Source: Candidatus Micrarchaeota archaeon
Lineage (GTDB): Archaea; Micrarchaeota; Micrarchaeia; Anstonellales; Bilamarchaeaceae
DNA: 64,000 nt
Assembly: GCA_040753215.1 (NCBI GenBank)
Contig: JBFMEZ010000013.1
Coordinates: 1 to 64,000 of the forward strand
Reading direction: 5' to 3'
Under the pieces are notes generated by a model. That model ran no database searches. It had not been told where the DNA came from and worked only from the letters and a program-made list of their open reading frames with translations. Numbering within the stretch: the first letter of the stretch is position 1; every line of letters begins with the position of its first letter. The translations under genes and the position numbers were made by a program. Below are positions 40,157 to 49,562 of this stretch, one piece after another.

Positions 40157-41214
40157 GGCGCTTCTCGGAATACTACCGGAAGGCGGACATAGAAGTGCCC
40201 AGCGTGGAGCAGAGGGAGTTCGGCATAGGCGGCTTTGAGAAGAAGATAGAGTCCAGGCACATGGGCTTCGAGAGCAACGCGGCCCTGCAGAACTACCTCA
40301 TAAAGGACACCCCGCTCTACATCTCCCACTCAATCGCATACTACAGGTTCCCCAAAGCAACCCCGATGGAGAACAAGGGATGGAGCGGAGGGGACCTCGT
40401 ATTCGACCTGGATGTGCACGGCGGTCTTTTCCTTTCCGGGGAAGAGATTGAAAAAGTGAAAGCCGACGCCGCGCGGCTCGTGGAGGACTTCCTGCTCGCG
40501 GATTTCGGGGTGGGCAGGGGGGGCATAAGGCTGGTTTTCTCGGGCAACCGCGGCTTCCACATACACGTGCGGGACGGGCCGTACAGGATGCTTGAGGGCG
40601 ATGCGAGGAGGGAGATAAGCGATTACATAGCCGGCAAGGGGCTGGATTACAGGAGCTTCTTCTCATCTCCGGAAGAGGACAGGTGGAAGATTTACGGTCC
40701 GAAGGAAGGGGACTGGGGATACAGGGGGAGGTTTTACAGGATGGCGGTGAAGGCCCTGGAGGAAAATCCGGGGGCAATCCACAGGAGGCTGCTGAAGCCG
40801 GAGGAGGCCGCGCTGCTCAGGGAGGGGATGCGCACAGGCCTCTGGAGCAAGACTAGCATAAAGGACATTGTGGAGCGGATGGAGGCCGTGGCGAAGATGC
40901 TTCCTGTCCAGTGCATAGAGGTGGATACGGGCGTGACCATAGACACGAAGCGCCTCATCCGCGTCCCCAATACGCTGCACGGCTCAACCGGGCTGGTGGC
41001 GAAGGAACTGAAATCCCCGGATGGTTTCGAACCTTACAGGGATGCAACCGCATTCGGGCAAGAGCCAATCGGAGTAGAAGCGCTTCAGCCAATTCCGGCC
41101 CAGGAGTTCCTCAATTCTACGATGGAAAAGATGGGAAAAGGGGAAAAAAGGGAAGTCCCGCTTTCCTACGGGATGTACCTGCTCCTGAAAGGGGCGGTCA
41201 CTCTCTCTTCGTGA
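40075..41214 (+). CDS. priS: DNA primase small (catalytic) subunit; true start probably slightly downstream
   Basis: REFG, DLVFDLD, FSGNRGFH, VD..VT.D.KRLIR.P..LHGSTG. Confidence 0.93.
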   Translation: MRGGLQDRDAIELEGERLEERERRFILRRFSEYYRKADIEVPSVEQREFGIGGFEKKIESRHMGFESNAALQNYLIKDTPLYISHSIAYYRFPKATPMENKGWSGGDLVFDLDVHGGLFLSGEEIEKVKADAARLVEDFLLADFGVGRGGIRLVFSGNRGFHIHVRDGPYRMLEGDARREISDYIAGKGLDYRSFFSSPEEDRWKIYGPKEGDWGYRGRFYRMAVKALEENPGAIHRRLLKPEEAALLREGMRTGLWSKTSIKDIVERMEAVAKMLPVQCIEVDTGVTIDTKRLIRVPNTLHGSTGLVAKELKSPDGFEPYRDATAFGQEPIGVEALQPIPAQEFLNSTMEKMGKGEKREVPLSYGMYLLLKGAVTLSS

Positions 41215-41578
41215 TGCGGGGCGGCGCTATCGGAGGCGCAAGCCGCACTATTTTCGATGCCAGCACCCCCTCCACGCTCGCCACATAATTTATGGAATTG
41301 AGTAGCCCGAGCTTGTAGTCCTGCGGGAGGTCCTTCTTCTCCTTCCACATCTTCCTCGCCTCGTCCGCGGCCTTCTTCTCCGCGCGGTCGGTCACCTCGC
41401 CGTTTATCGTTATCTTCCCTATCTCGTCCAGGTAGTCCGCGGAGAACGCATACGAAACAACGACGTCCTCGCCCTTGCCCCCGACGTCCTTTATGTCGAT
41501 CTGCACCCTCAGCCCCTTCCCGGGCCCGTCCTTCTCCCTCACGGCTTCAACCTTTGTTACCCTGGAGTTCACTATCAT
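41198..41578 (-). CDS. Hypothetical protein (probably conserved in archaea)
   Basis: 126 aa, beta-rich N-terminus, C-terminal LAPPIAPPR. Confidence 0.7.
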   Translation of the reverse strand: MIVNSRVTKVEAVREKDGPGKGLRVQIDIKDVGGKGEDVVVSYAFSADYLDEIGKITINGEVTDRAEKKAADEARKMWKEKKDLPQDYKLGLLNSINYVASVEGVLASKIVRLAPPIAPPRITKRE

Positions 41579-41582
41579 ATCC

Positions 41583-42923
41583 TCACCCGCTCTGGTTTAA
41601 CTGGTTAAGGCAATTGATGTATTCCGGAGTCTCCCTCCACGAGCAGCTTCCCTGCACGCACCCGCACGTGGTCTGCGCGTAGCATGCGTATTCGGGCCGG
41701 TATTCGCACGTGGTCACAATCCCCGGCGCTTCGGAGGCAGCCACGCAGAGCTGGGAGGAGCATCCGGCCCTCGCGCAGTCCGAATCCACGGTGCAGCCCG
41801 CGCTTATGTTCAGGGCGTCGCACTGCTGCCTCAGTGCCGCATCCAGTATGCGGCCGCAGAAGCTGCTGTCCTGCAGCGAATTCGCAAACTCCAGGTAGCA
41901 CGCATCCTTCATCTCCGCGCCCACATCATTGCAGACCGATGGGTCCCCCGCGCCCAGCCCCGCATTTATCAGGCAGAAATCCTTCTCGCTTCCCGCCTCG
42001 CTGCACAGCGCCGGGTTTTCCCATATTATCGCGGCTTCGGCAATGCACCTTTCCGTCTCGTTGCCCGCCAGGCAGGCGATGTAGCTCTCCGCAACCCTGC
42101 TTATCCCGGTGTAGAAATCCACGAGCTCGCTTTCATCCACGAATGCGGACGGCTTCTGCACGTCAAGCCCGCTTCCCCAGCTCCAGTCCAGCGTCCGTGT
42201 CTCCAGCCACACAGGCTCGCCCATGTCTGTGAATTCCACCCTCTTTTCAAGCATATCGTAGGTAACGGGGTCTATGCACATTGAATAGTTGTATTGCCTT
42301 GAGCGCAGGAGGAGCGGGTCGTTCACATCCATCCCTATCTCATTGAGCTGCGCGACCGTGAGCCGGGAGTAATCGATGCGGTATCCCACCTCCGTGCAGG
42401 CATGCCCGCCCACCGTCTTCTCTTCAGTTCCCGCATCAAATTCCATGCCGCCGTATTGCATGAGCTTCCTGTAGCGCTCGTCCTGCGCCCTCACGGCATC
42501 ATCATCGAAAAGGAGGGCCCTCAGGGAGCTCGCGTACCCGACGAACCGGGAGGTGCCGTTAACCGGCGCGCACTTCTCCTCATCCATGTATTTTATGCAC
42601 ACTATTGTCCCGTTCCCCTCAAAATAGCCGGACCTTTCAGATATGAGGTCCTTCTTGTACACGTAGGAGAGGTCTCCCTTCCTGGAAGCGGTCACCTCCG
42701 CCCAGTAGCCGGAGCTCTGCGCCTCCCTGTAGGAGTATGTGTAGTCGCCTGCCCCCAGCGGCTTTTCCACGGCCTCCAGGAAAAGCTCCGCGGCTTCCGC
42801 GCCTTCCCCGCCTCCTTCAGGCGGCGCGGTGCCGCCAAGCGCGCCCGCGGCGATGTAAATCCCTGCGGCCACCAGCAGGACTACGATTATGGATATTGCC
42901 GGATAGAGGATATTCTTGTCCAG
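41583..42923 (-). CDS. Exported Cys-rich protein with an eight-cysteine-cluster domain; probable CTG start
   Basis: CTVDSDC..GCSSQLC..TTCEYRPEYACY..CGC..G.C.W; signal peptide is complete only from CTG at 42923 after GGTGA. Confidence 0.75.
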   Translation of the reverse strand: MDKNILYPAISIIVVLLVAAGIYIAAGALGGTAPPEGGGEGAEAAELFLEAVEKPLGAGDYTYSYREAQSSGYWAEVTASRKGDLSYVYKKDLISERSGYFEGNGTIVCIKYMDEEKCAPVNGTSRFVGYASSLRALLFDDDAVRAQDERYRKLMQYGGMEFDAGTEEKTVGGHACTEVGYRIDYSRLTVAQLNEIGMDVNDPLLLRSRQYNYSMCIDPVTYDMLEKRVEFTDMGEPVWLETRTLDWSWGSGLDVQKPSAFVDESELVDFYTGISRVAESYIACLAGNETERCIAEAAIIWENPALCSEAGSEKDFCLINAGLGAGDPSVCNDVGAEMKDACYLEFANSLQDSSFCGRILDAALRQQCDALNISAGCTVDSDCARAGCSSQLCVAASEAPGIVTTCEYRPEYACYAQTTCGCVQGSCSWRETPEYINCLNQLNQSG

Positions 42924-42927
42924 AAAA

Positions 42928-44082
42928 TCACCGTCCAGAAAGTATCTTGATTATATCAGAGTCTTTTAATACGTATTCTTTTCCCACGCGCCTTCCCGTG
43001 CGGGCGTCTATCGCGCCTATGAATTTCTTCGCAAGGTCTGTGTGCACCCTCTCTGCAAGGCCCAGGGCGGTGCTTCCCTCTTCCATAAGGTGCACGTTCG
43101 GGAGGAGGTTCCCCTTCCTGTCCTCCCATTTGCTTTCGTCCTCCACCGGGTAGGCGGCAATCTGGCGCAGCCCCCAGAACACCAGCTCCTCCAGCGCATG
43201 CTGCACCCCCGTCCCCCCGTTGGAAGAAATGTAATCCTTAATCTTGCGCAGCGCCTCCTCCTGCTCCCTGCTCGCCTTCAGAATCCTGAAGTCCGAATCC
43301 CCGGGCCAGTACTCTATGCTTCCCGCCTTCGCAGCTTTGCGTAGCACAAGCTCATAAAGCGCAGAGCACGGAACCACCTTCTTACCATGCAGTTCCTTCT
43401 GCAGCGCCTTCAGGTCCGCTCCGGAATCCATCTTGTTCGCGGCAACCACCATCGGCTTCTTTTCCAGCATTTTTTTCGCGAAGGAGAGCCGCTCCGCCTC
43501 GCCCCACTCAATCCTCTCAATGGGCAAGCCCAGCTCCTTTGCAATCCTCTCCGCCTGCGGAAGCGTGACCTTCAAACCAGTGAGCACCTCCGCAAGCTCC
43601 GCAATCCCCCTTCCCTTCACTTTTTTCCAGTTCTTTTCAATTATCCCGAATATCCACTGCTCCAGCTCCAGTTGCAAAAACCGGACTTCGTCCGCGGGGT
43701 CCGCGCCCTGCGTGGGATTGCCCTCCAAATCGCTCCTGCCGCTCCCGTCCACCACCTGTATGAATCCGTCCGCGGTCCGAAGGTCGTCCAGGAATTGCAA
43801 TCCCAGCCCGCGGCCCTTGTGCGCCTCAGGCACAAGCCCGGCAACGTCCAATAATTTTACGGGCACATACCGCGTCCCATTTTCACATACAGAATCCTGC
43901 GGGTTGCATTTCCTGCCCTTCTCGGAATGCGGGCATTTCTTCCGCACGTGCCCAACGCCCGTGTTCGGCTCAAGAGTGGTGAAAGGATATGGTGCTATTT
44001 TCGCATCAACAAGGGTAAGGGAAGAGAAGAAGGTGCTCTTTCCGGAATTGGGCTTGCCCACTATGCCTATGAGAAGGGACAT
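42928..44082 (-). CDS. ychF: YchF/OBG-family translation-associated NTPase
   Basis: GKPNSGKST, YPFTT, DVAGLV, GLG.QFLDDL, ANKMD, TGS. Confidence 0.9.
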   Translation of the reverse strand: MSLLIGIVGKPNSGKSTFFSSLTLVDAKIAPYPFTTLEPNTGVGHVRKKCPHSEKGRKCNPQDSVCENGTRYVPVKLLDVAGLVPEAHKGRGLGLQFLDDLRTADGFIQVVDGSGRSDLEGNPTQGADPADEVRFLQLELEQWIFGIIEKNWKKVKGRGIAELAEVLTGLKVTLPQAERIAKELGLPIERIEWGEAERLSFAKKMLEKKPMVVAANKMDSGADLKALQKELHGKKVVPCSALYELVLRKAAKAGSIEYWPGDSDFRILKASREQEEALRKIKDYISSNGGTGVQHALEELVFWGLRQIAAYPVEDESKWEDRKGNLLPNVHLMEEGSTALGLAERVHTDLAKKFIGAIDARTGRRVGKEYVLKDSDIIKILSGR

Positions 44083-44106
44083 GAGCAGGATTTGGATGGA
44101 AAAGCT

Positions 44107-45006
44107 TTAATTAGGCGAATCCGCACTTTCACAGCCTTTCTTCTCTTCAAGCCCGACTATCCCGGCGATCGCTTCCAGCAACCTGTCCGAATCGCTCCCC
44201 GCACTGCGCAGCCTGGCAAGCGAATCAGCCTCCGTAAATCTCCTTATGAGCGCGGAGGCGATCTGCCCATCGCTCTCATCCCTCACAGCCAGCCCAAGGT
44301 AGTGGTCAAGGGAAACAACCGCCTGCGGGCAGCATCCGGCGAGCACCCTGCACGCATCCACATACTCGCTTAGCAGCGCAAGCCTCTCACAGTGCTCTGC
44401 GAAGCTTGTCCCGCCAATCCTGAAAACCCCATGGAAGAATGAATTCGGTCCCCACCCGTCATTCGCCGCCCTTGCAAGCACCCTTGCGGTATGCGCCACA
44501 TCCCTGCGCCTGCCCAGCTCCGCGCCCATTATCACATCCGCGAACCCGAACTCCTCCATGGCGCACACCCTCATGAACTCGAATCCGGAAAGCATGCTGC
44601 CGTCCCTGAATCCCTGCACATGCCAGGGATTTCTTGCGATCCTGCGGGCCGTTTCGCTAGCGTGGAAGAATGCATCCTCGCTGCGGGTGTTTACCAGGAT
44701 GCAGACCACGAATGATGCGACCCTGTGCGGCTCCATCCCGGCAAAGCCGCCGAGAAGCCGGCGCACCTCCCTCTCCGCCCTCGCCTCCGCATCCATCGCC
44801 TGGAAGAGTAGCTTACCCATCCCCTCGCCGAGCCTTCCCCTTTCCGCGAATATCTCCACGGGAAGGGCCGGATGGAATTCGGCGCGCATCGCCTTTTCCA
44901 CAAGCGGGTCCCTGCTGCCGAACATCTCCCTTGCGATTGCCACGAGCGCCTGCTTCAGGTGGCCGGGGCCCAGGTGTTCGTGGAATGCGGGGTTTCTTGT
45001 GGTCAT
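44107..45006 (-). CDS. Orphan alpha-helical protein
   Basis: 299-aa ORF, no recognised motif. Confidence 0.6.
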   Translation of the reverse strand: MTTRNPAFHEHLGPGHLKQALVAIAREMFGSRDPLVEKAMRAEFHPALPVEIFAERGRLGEGMGKLLFQAMDAEARAEREVRRLLGGFAGMEPHRVASFVVCILVNTRSEDAFFHASETARRIARNPWHVQGFRDGSMLSGFEFMRVCAMEEFGFADVIMGAELGRRRDVAHTARVLARAANDGWGPNSFFHGVFRIGGTSFAEHCERLALLSEYVDACRVLAGCCPQAVVSLDHYLGLAVRDESDGQIASALIRRFTEADSLARLRSAGSDSDRLLEAIAGIVGLEEKKGCESADSPN

Positions 45007-45062
45007 AGTAGATTACTAATGTATGAGTATATTTTATAAACCCTTTTCAGCTATCAATAATT

Positions 45063-45178
<116 letters not shown>

Positions 45179-45180
45179 CC

Positions 45181-45282
45181 TTTTTACACCGTAAAGCTCG
45201 CCATAGCTCGCTTTACTCTGCCGTTGGGTTGCCCTCGCTCACTCCTCGTTCGCTCGGGCGCAAAAAGGAGACCAAAAACCTC
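45181..45282. repeat. REP/MITE-like element, family A copy 2
   Basis: Homologous to 10507-10658 with a shorter central part. Confidence 0.75.
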
Positions 45283-45417
45283 CAACCATGTGATTTCACT
45301 ACTTAGTCAGTTGTGGCTTACATGGATGGGACTATAGACCGATGTTTGCGAACCGGTGAACAAAAACCTCAAACCGTCCGCCGACACATTTATAATTTTC
45401 TCTCTATAAATCTGCGC

Positions 45418-46212
45418 ATGGCACTTGAAGAATTGTTCGGGGTGTGCATAATCCCGGTTCTGGTTTTGGCGGGCATTGTTCTTTTGATTTCGGTGAGGAT
45501 AATATTTGAATACCAGAGGGGAATCCTCTTCAGGCTGGGGAAGTTCAGCGGGGTTGTGGAGCCCGGCCTTCGAATTATATTCCCAATCATAGACACCCTC
45601 CGCGTGGTGGACGTCCGCATAAAGACCGTGGACATCCCGAAGCAGGAAGTGATGACCAGGGACAACGTGCCGGTGAGCGTCAATGCGGTGGTTTATTTCC
45701 GCATAGAGAGCCCGGAGAAGGCTGTGCTGCAGATAGAGGACTTCACCTATGCGGTTGCGCAGTACGGGCAGACCGCGCTCAGGGACGTAATAGGCAACAA
45801 AGAGCTGGACTTCGTGCTCACGGAAAGGGACAGGATTGCAGATGAGATAAAGGCAATAGTGGACAAGGAAACCGGGAACTGGGGAGTGGACATAACAGCA
45901 ATCAAGATACAGGATATCGAGCTTCCGGCGGACATGAAGAGGGCAATGGCCAGGCAGGCGGAGGCCGAGAGGGAGCGGAGGGCGACGATAATCATGAGCG
46001 AGGGGGAGAAGGTCGCGGCAGATAACCTCTCCGAGGCGGCCAGGAAGCTTGGCGCGGCGCCCGGCGCGCTCCACCTGCGCACCCTCCAGACTGTTTCCGA
46101 TGTATCTGCGGACCAGAGCAATACCATTGTGGTGGCGCTTCCCATAGAAGTTCTGGAAGCGATAAAGGGCTTCGCCCTGAAGAAGGCCCCTAAAGAGGAG
46201 AAGAAGGCATAA
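45418..46212 (+). CDS. Stomatin/SPFH (band 7) protein
   Basis: EYQRGI.FRLGK, TRDNV, QTALRDVIG, AMARQAEAERERRA. Confidence 0.93.
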   Translation: MALEELFGVCIIPVLVLAGIVLLISVRIIFEYQRGILFRLGKFSGVVEPGLRIIFPIIDTLRVVDVRIKTVDIPKQEVMTRDNVPVSVNAVVYFRIESPEKAVLQIEDFTYAVAQYGQTALRDVIGNKELDFVLTERDRIADEIKAIVDKETGNWGVDITAIKIQDIELPADMKRAMARQAEAERERRATIIMSEGEKVAADNLSEAARKLGAAPGALHLRTLQTVSDVSADQSNTIVVALPIEVLEAIKGFALKKAPKEEKKA

Positions 46213-46213
46213 G

Positions 46214-47077
46214 CTACCTAATTTCTCTTGCCATCTTCCAGTAATGGTAGTTTATCGGAAGCGTGATAGTGAGCTTTATGCTTATGTATGCAACCAGGAC
46301 TGCAAACAGATAAACGGTTCCGGCTGCAATCAGCACGATATTCAGTGCCGCATTGCCTGCCGCAAGCGCAATCCATATGCCTGCAAGGAGCGGCACAAGG
46401 ATTAGTATCGCTGCGGGAATGAGCAGAACCAACTGCACTATTGTTGAGAATATCCCCCCGATTATGTGGAAGAGGAATGTCTCCAGCAGGGTTCTTTTCA
46501 CTATCCCGGCGGAGTTTTCTATGCTCCGTACCACTGCTGCCCTTGCAACCACAAGCTCGAAAAGCGCAAACTGCAGGACAAATCCGATAACGAACAAAGC
46601 CGCGTAATAGTAGAACTGGGAAGCGAGGCTGAGCGCTATGGAGGCCAAGACATTTCCGCTTGTCTCCCCAAGGACCCTTGCAACCAACGAAGGGAGAAAG
46701 ACAAAAATCCCGATTATAAGCCAGAGGATTGTTGTATATGCTGCAACCGGAAGGAGGTTTTTTCCGAAATCGCCCAGCACTTCGTGCCTTGCCCCGGAAA
46801 TCTCTTCATCGATAATATTGTAGGACACGCTTGATGCGGCGGCTGAAACCAGCACGAACACCAGCATCGCAAAGGCTCCGGCAGCAACGGCTGCGATGGG
46901 TTCCCCTGCCCCGGCTCCCGCGGTTATGACAAGGAATCCTGCGATTACGGAAACCGCAACAAAAGCGAATGCAAGCGCATTCACCTTCAGGAATTCCCTT
47001 AAGATTCCTTTCCAGTGCGCTCCGGTGAGAGAGAATCCCCTCCTGAATGCTTCTGTTATCATGTTCAGGTTCGCCAT
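46214..47077 (-). CDS. Multi-pass membrane protein
   Basis: About six TM helices. Confidence 0.75.
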   Translation of the reverse strand: MANLNMITEAFRRGFSLTGAHWKGILREFLKVNALAFAFVAVSVIAGFLVITAGAGAGEPIAAVAAGAFAMLVFVLVSAAASSVSYNIIDEEISGARHEVLGDFGKNLLPVAAYTTILWLIIGIFVFLPSLVARVLGETSGNVLASIALSLASQFYYYAALFVIGFVLQFALFELVVARAAVVRSIENSAGIVKRTLLETFLFHIIGGIFSTIVQLVLLIPAAILILVPLLAGIWIALAAGNAALNIVLIAAGTVYLFAVLVAYISIKLTITLPINYHYWKMAREIR

Positions 47078-47128
47078 AGGCCCGTTTCCGAATTTCCAAT
47101 TAAAAATCTATACGCACAATCTTTTCCC

Positions 47129-47998
47129 ATGCACATCCTTTTCTCCTCCAAAAACCCTGCAAGCAACAATATTGCGCAGAGGCTCATGGAGATGGGCTTC
47201 AGCGAAGTTTCCGGTTCTCCGTATCCAGCTTCCAGAACGGGAAACTCAAACCGTGAAGCCCTGGGAAACCAGGGAAACGAAAGGGCGGCTTCACGGTTTG
47301 ACAGGGAACAGGAAACCGGATACTGGGCTTGGAAAGGCCACAGGATGCTGGACACAAAGGTCGGGCTTATCCTTGATGTGCCCACGGATTGGGATGCGGA
47401 TTGGCTTTTGGTGCTCTCCACGCACAGAAGCGAGAAGAAATTCCCCGCATTTACTGTGCACATTCCGGGCAACTGGGACAAGGCGGAGATGGGAGGCGAG
47501 CCCCGCACCCTCAACATTGCGTATGCGAGCAGGATGAAGGATTTGCTTCTTGCGCTTAGGGAGAAGAATACTCTGGGGTGGAATGTGAACCAAGAGGTCG
47601 ACCATCATGGCCCCACCTGTAAACTTCCGATAATATTCATAGAAATAGGGAGTTCGGAGGAGGAATGGGTGAACCCTAAGGCGGCGGAAATAGTTGCGGA
47701 AGCGGTGATAGATTCCATAAATGAGAAGAAGCTCTATCCATCCTATGTTGGAGCGGGAGGGGGGCATTATGCGCCCTTCTTCACGAAATTGATGCTGGAA
47801 TCCGAGGATGCGTTCGGGCACATAATTCCAAAATACCAGGCGGCGAACATCGGTGCGGATACGCTGAAGCAAGCGAAGGAGAAGAATGTGGAGAGGGTGG
47901 ATACGCTGGTTTATGAAAACAAATCCTTCAGGGCAGGCGAGCGGGACAGGTTGTTTTCGATAGCGAAAGAGATTGGGCTGGAAGTTGAGATTCGCTAG
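47129..47998 (+). CDS. dtdA: D-aminoacyl-tRNA deacylase (DTD2) with an in-frame palindromic insertion
   Basis: NPAS.NI, LSTHRS, TVH.PGN, EVDHHGP, FIEIGS, GGGHYAP, GHIIPKY. Confidence 0.88.
   Translation: MHILFSSKNPASNNIAQRLMEMGFSEVSGSPYPASRTGNSNREALGNQGNERAASRFDREQETGYWAWKGHRMLDTKVGLILDVPTDWDADWLLVLSTHRSEKKFPAFTVHIPGNWDKAEMGGEPRTLNIAYASRMKDLLLALREKNTLGWNVNQEVDHHGPTCKLPIIFIEIGSSEEEWVNPKAAEIVAEAVIDSINEKKLYPSYVGAGGGHYAPFFTKLMLESEDAFGHIIPKYQAANIGADTLKQAKEKNVERVDTLVYENKSFRAGERDRLFSIAKEIGLEVEIR
47206..47320 (+). repeat. Palindromic element, family C copy 1 (inside dtdA), flanked by heptamers
   Basis: 13-bp IR AAACCGTGAAGCC (47248-47260) / GGCTTCACGGTTT (47287-47299). Confidence 0.85.
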
Positions 47999-48552
47999 CC
48001 GAGTCCTGCCTTTATCTTTTCCAGAAGCATTTCGAATTTCGTATAGCCTGCCTTTTCGTTGAAATGCCCCGCGCTCTTTACAAGAATGATTTCCGTGCCC
48101 AGGTTCTTCGCCAGCTCTTCCGCCTTTTCCAGGGGAACGTATGGGTCGTTATCAGAGTGGAAAACATAGAACTTTTTGCAGTTGTCCCTTATCGCCTTCC
48201 AATCGAACTTTTTTTCAACGAATGTGGTCATTATCTCAGCAAACTCATTTTCGGGAAGAGAACAAAATCCAGCAACAAAGAATGCGGCTTTTGCAGGCTT
48301 TCTCTCCAGCACGCTGAGCAGGAACGGAACCCCCAGACTATGCCCCACAACTATGGAATTCCCATCGATGTATTTCTCATAGTCCTGAAAAACCTTCAGC
48401 CATCTTTCCAGCGTCTGGTTTTCCGGCGTGGGAAATTTCGGAACAAATACTCTGCAGCCCAGCTTTTCAAGTTCGGATTTCAGCCACGGAAACCAGTTCT
48501 CACCCGGGTAGCCGTAAGCCCCGTGGATTATGAATATGTTGCTCTTTGCCAT
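47995..48552 (-). CDS. RBBP9/YdeN alpha/beta hydrolase
   Basis: IIHG, WFPWL, GHSLG, SDNDPYV, AGHF. Confidence 0.92.
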   Translation of the reverse strand: MAKSNIFIIHGAYGYPGENWFPWLKSELEKLGCRVFVPKFPTPENQTLERWLKVFQDYEKYIDGNSIVVGHSLGVPFLLSVLERKPAKAAFFVAGFCSLPENEFAEIMTTFVEKKFDWKAIRDNCKKFYVFHSDNDPYVPLEKAEELAKNLGTEIILVKSAGHFNEKAGYTKFEMLLEKIKAGLG

Positions 48553-48591
48553 CGGCTGGTGTTTGCACCCAACCTATAAAAACCAGCATCC

Positions 48592-48676
48592 CGGGAACCG
48601 GAAACTCAAACCGTGAAGCCCTGAGAAAAAGAGGGAAACGAATGGGCGGCTTCACGGTTTAACCGAAAACTGAAAA
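48592..48676 (+). repeat. Palindromic element, family C copy 2 (intergenic)
   Basis: Same 13-bp IR at 48608-48620 / 48648-48660. Confidence 0.85.
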
Positions 48677-48782
48677 TAGCCCCGACCGGATTCGAACCGG
48701 TGTCCGAAGGTCCAGAGCCTTCTTTCAGGACCGGGGTGGCTCGCGCCGCCCGGGTTATCCTTGACCACTAGACGACGGGGCT
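48677..48782 (-). tRNA. tRNA-Gln(CTG) with a ~33-nt non-canonical intron (~48724-48756)
   Basis: AGCCCCG/CGGGGCT acceptor, GAAGG-CT-CTG-GA-CCTTC, GGTTCGAATCC; hairpin insert between D-stem and anticodon stem. Confidence 0.85.
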
Positions 48783-48790
48783 AGCGTTAC

Positions 48791-49360
48791 TTAAAGCGTT
48801 AAAACCTTTCTTAAATCTAACTCTCCGGGCTTCACAATCACAGTCTTCACTTCCGCGCTCTCCCCCGCACCTCTGTCCCAAAAACTGTCCCCTATGAATA
48901 CCACATCCTCCCTCCCAAACCCAAGCTCATCCATCAGGCTGAAAATCATATCCGGGTGCGGCTTCGCTTTTTGCACGACGTTCCTTCCTCTTATCGCATC
49001 CACCTCAAACCCGGCCTTCTCCGCAATCCCCTGTATCAAAGGCACATTATTGTTAGAAGCAATCCCAACCTTGTGCCCGCGCTTCTTAAGCTCCTTCAGG
49101 ATCTCCCTCGCCTGTGCGTAGATGAGATATTCGGAATTATCCAGGCATTCCTTTTCATATTTCCAGAAAATCCCGTCCACAACCTTCTTCCTTCCCAGTG
49201 TATCGGAAACCTGGTTTGCGAGAAGGGCGATGTGGGTTTTGGGGTCCAGCTCTAGCCCTTCCTTCAGCCCGTATTCCAGCACTTCCTGCTTCACCACGTC
49301 CCAGTCTATCCACAGGTGGGCAAGCGTATCATCCAGGTCGAAAATGAATAGCTTTGGCAT
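48791..49360 (-). CDS. HAD-superfamily phosphatase
   Basis: FDLDDTL, ASNN, KPHPD, IGDS..D; start at MPKLF. Confidence 0.9.
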   Translation of the reverse strand: MPKLFIFDLDDTLAHLWIDWDVVKQEVLEYGLKEGLELDPKTHIALLANQVSDTLGRKKVVDGIFWKYEKECLDNSEYLIYAQAREILKELKKRGHKVGIASNNNVPLIQGIAEKAGFEVDAIRGRNVVQKAKPHPDMIFSLMDELGFGREDVVFIGDSFWDRGAGESAEVKTVIVKPGELDLRKVLTL

Positions 49361-49361
49361 T

Positions 49362-49460
49362 AGCCAGGGGAGGGAATCGAACCCCCCTATGCCGGTTTCT
49401 TCTGTGGGATTTCTCCCCCTGGAGCTGCAGCCGGCCACATAGCCTATCTGTCACCCTGGC
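49362..49460 (-). tRNA. tRNA-Cys(GCA) with a ~28-nt intron at 37/38
   Basis: GCCAGGG/CCCTGGC acceptor, U73 discriminator, GCCGG-CT-GCA, GGTTCGATTCC. Confidence 0.85.
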
Positions 49461-49463
49461 AGG

Positions 49464-49492
49464 CCAGTTTCCGGTTTCCAGTTCCCGGTTTC
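49464..49492. repeat. Heptamer tandem tract
   Basis: cagtttc cggtttc cagttcc cggtttc. Confidence 0.8.
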
Positions 49493-49562
49493 CAGAATCT
49501 GGCCTGGCAATACTCTGGTGGGATTAAGGTATTAAAAAGCTACGCCGCTATTTTACCCTGCT

